Shown one piece after another: positions 63,607 to 64,000 of a stretch of 64,000 nucleotides of DNA (the stretch's first letter is position 1; each line of letters opens with the position of its first letter). Source of the stretch: Octopus bimaculoides (taxonomy: Eukaryota); assembly GCF_001194135.2 (NCBI RefSeq), contig NC_068993.1, forward strand, positions 56,147,341 to 56,211,340, in the 5' to 3' direction. Made by a program: the position numbers and the translations under genes. Under the pieces are notes generated by a model. It saw only the letters and a list, made by a program, of their open reading frames with translations, did no database searches and had not been told where the DNA came from.

Positions 63607-64000
63607 AATATATATATACATATATATAAATATATATATATACATATTTATATAAATATATATACATATTTATATATATATATATCGTCATCGTTTAACG
63701 TCCGCTTTCCATGCTAGCATGGGTTGGACGATTTGACTGAGGACTGGTGAAACCAGATGGCTACACCAGGCTCCAATCTGATTTGGCAGTGTTTCTACAG
63801 CTGGATGCCCTTCCTAACGCCAACCACTCAGAGAGTGTAGTGGGTGCTTTTACGTGTCACCCGCACGAAGGCCAGTCAGGCGGTACTGGCAACGGCCACG
63901 CTCATCTCGCTCAAGAAACCTCATGTGTCACCCGCACAAGAGCCAGTCCAGGGTCACCAGCAACGATCCCGCTCGAAAATCCCACAACAACCCCACACAA

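Noticed and set aside
1-64000. CRISPR array, rRNA or prokaryotic operon
   Set aside because: No repeat-spacer array or rRNA-like sequence was seen. The window is intron-containing eukaryotic DNA.

Overview
AT-rich, gapped, repeat-dense animal genomic DNA. The SINE, MITE and LINE families and the microsatellite load resemble an octopod cephalopod draft assembly such as Octopus; this is recognition, not a database result. Three spliced protein-coding genes can be built by hand. (1) The last exon of a prostanoid (EP4-like) GPCR, 1123-1713 (+). (2) A complete 9-coding-exon ATPAF1/ATP11 F1-ATPase assembly factor, 22318-30738 (+, 305 aa). (3) A complete 19-coding-exon SLC4A11-like transporter, 54445-32909 (-, 808 aa), convergent with ATPAF1. 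The rest is SINEs, RTE/CR1/Penelope/Gypsy remnants, Tc1-mariner remnants, MITEs, microsatellites and N gaps. The most notable non-coding find is a structurally intact type I hammerhead ribozyme with a palindromic stem III loop at 11865-11916 (-). Also notable are a 138-bp Merlin-like MITE with an 8-bp TSD that is filled with TTAGGG telomere-like repeats, and several long intronic fold-back structures next to exons.
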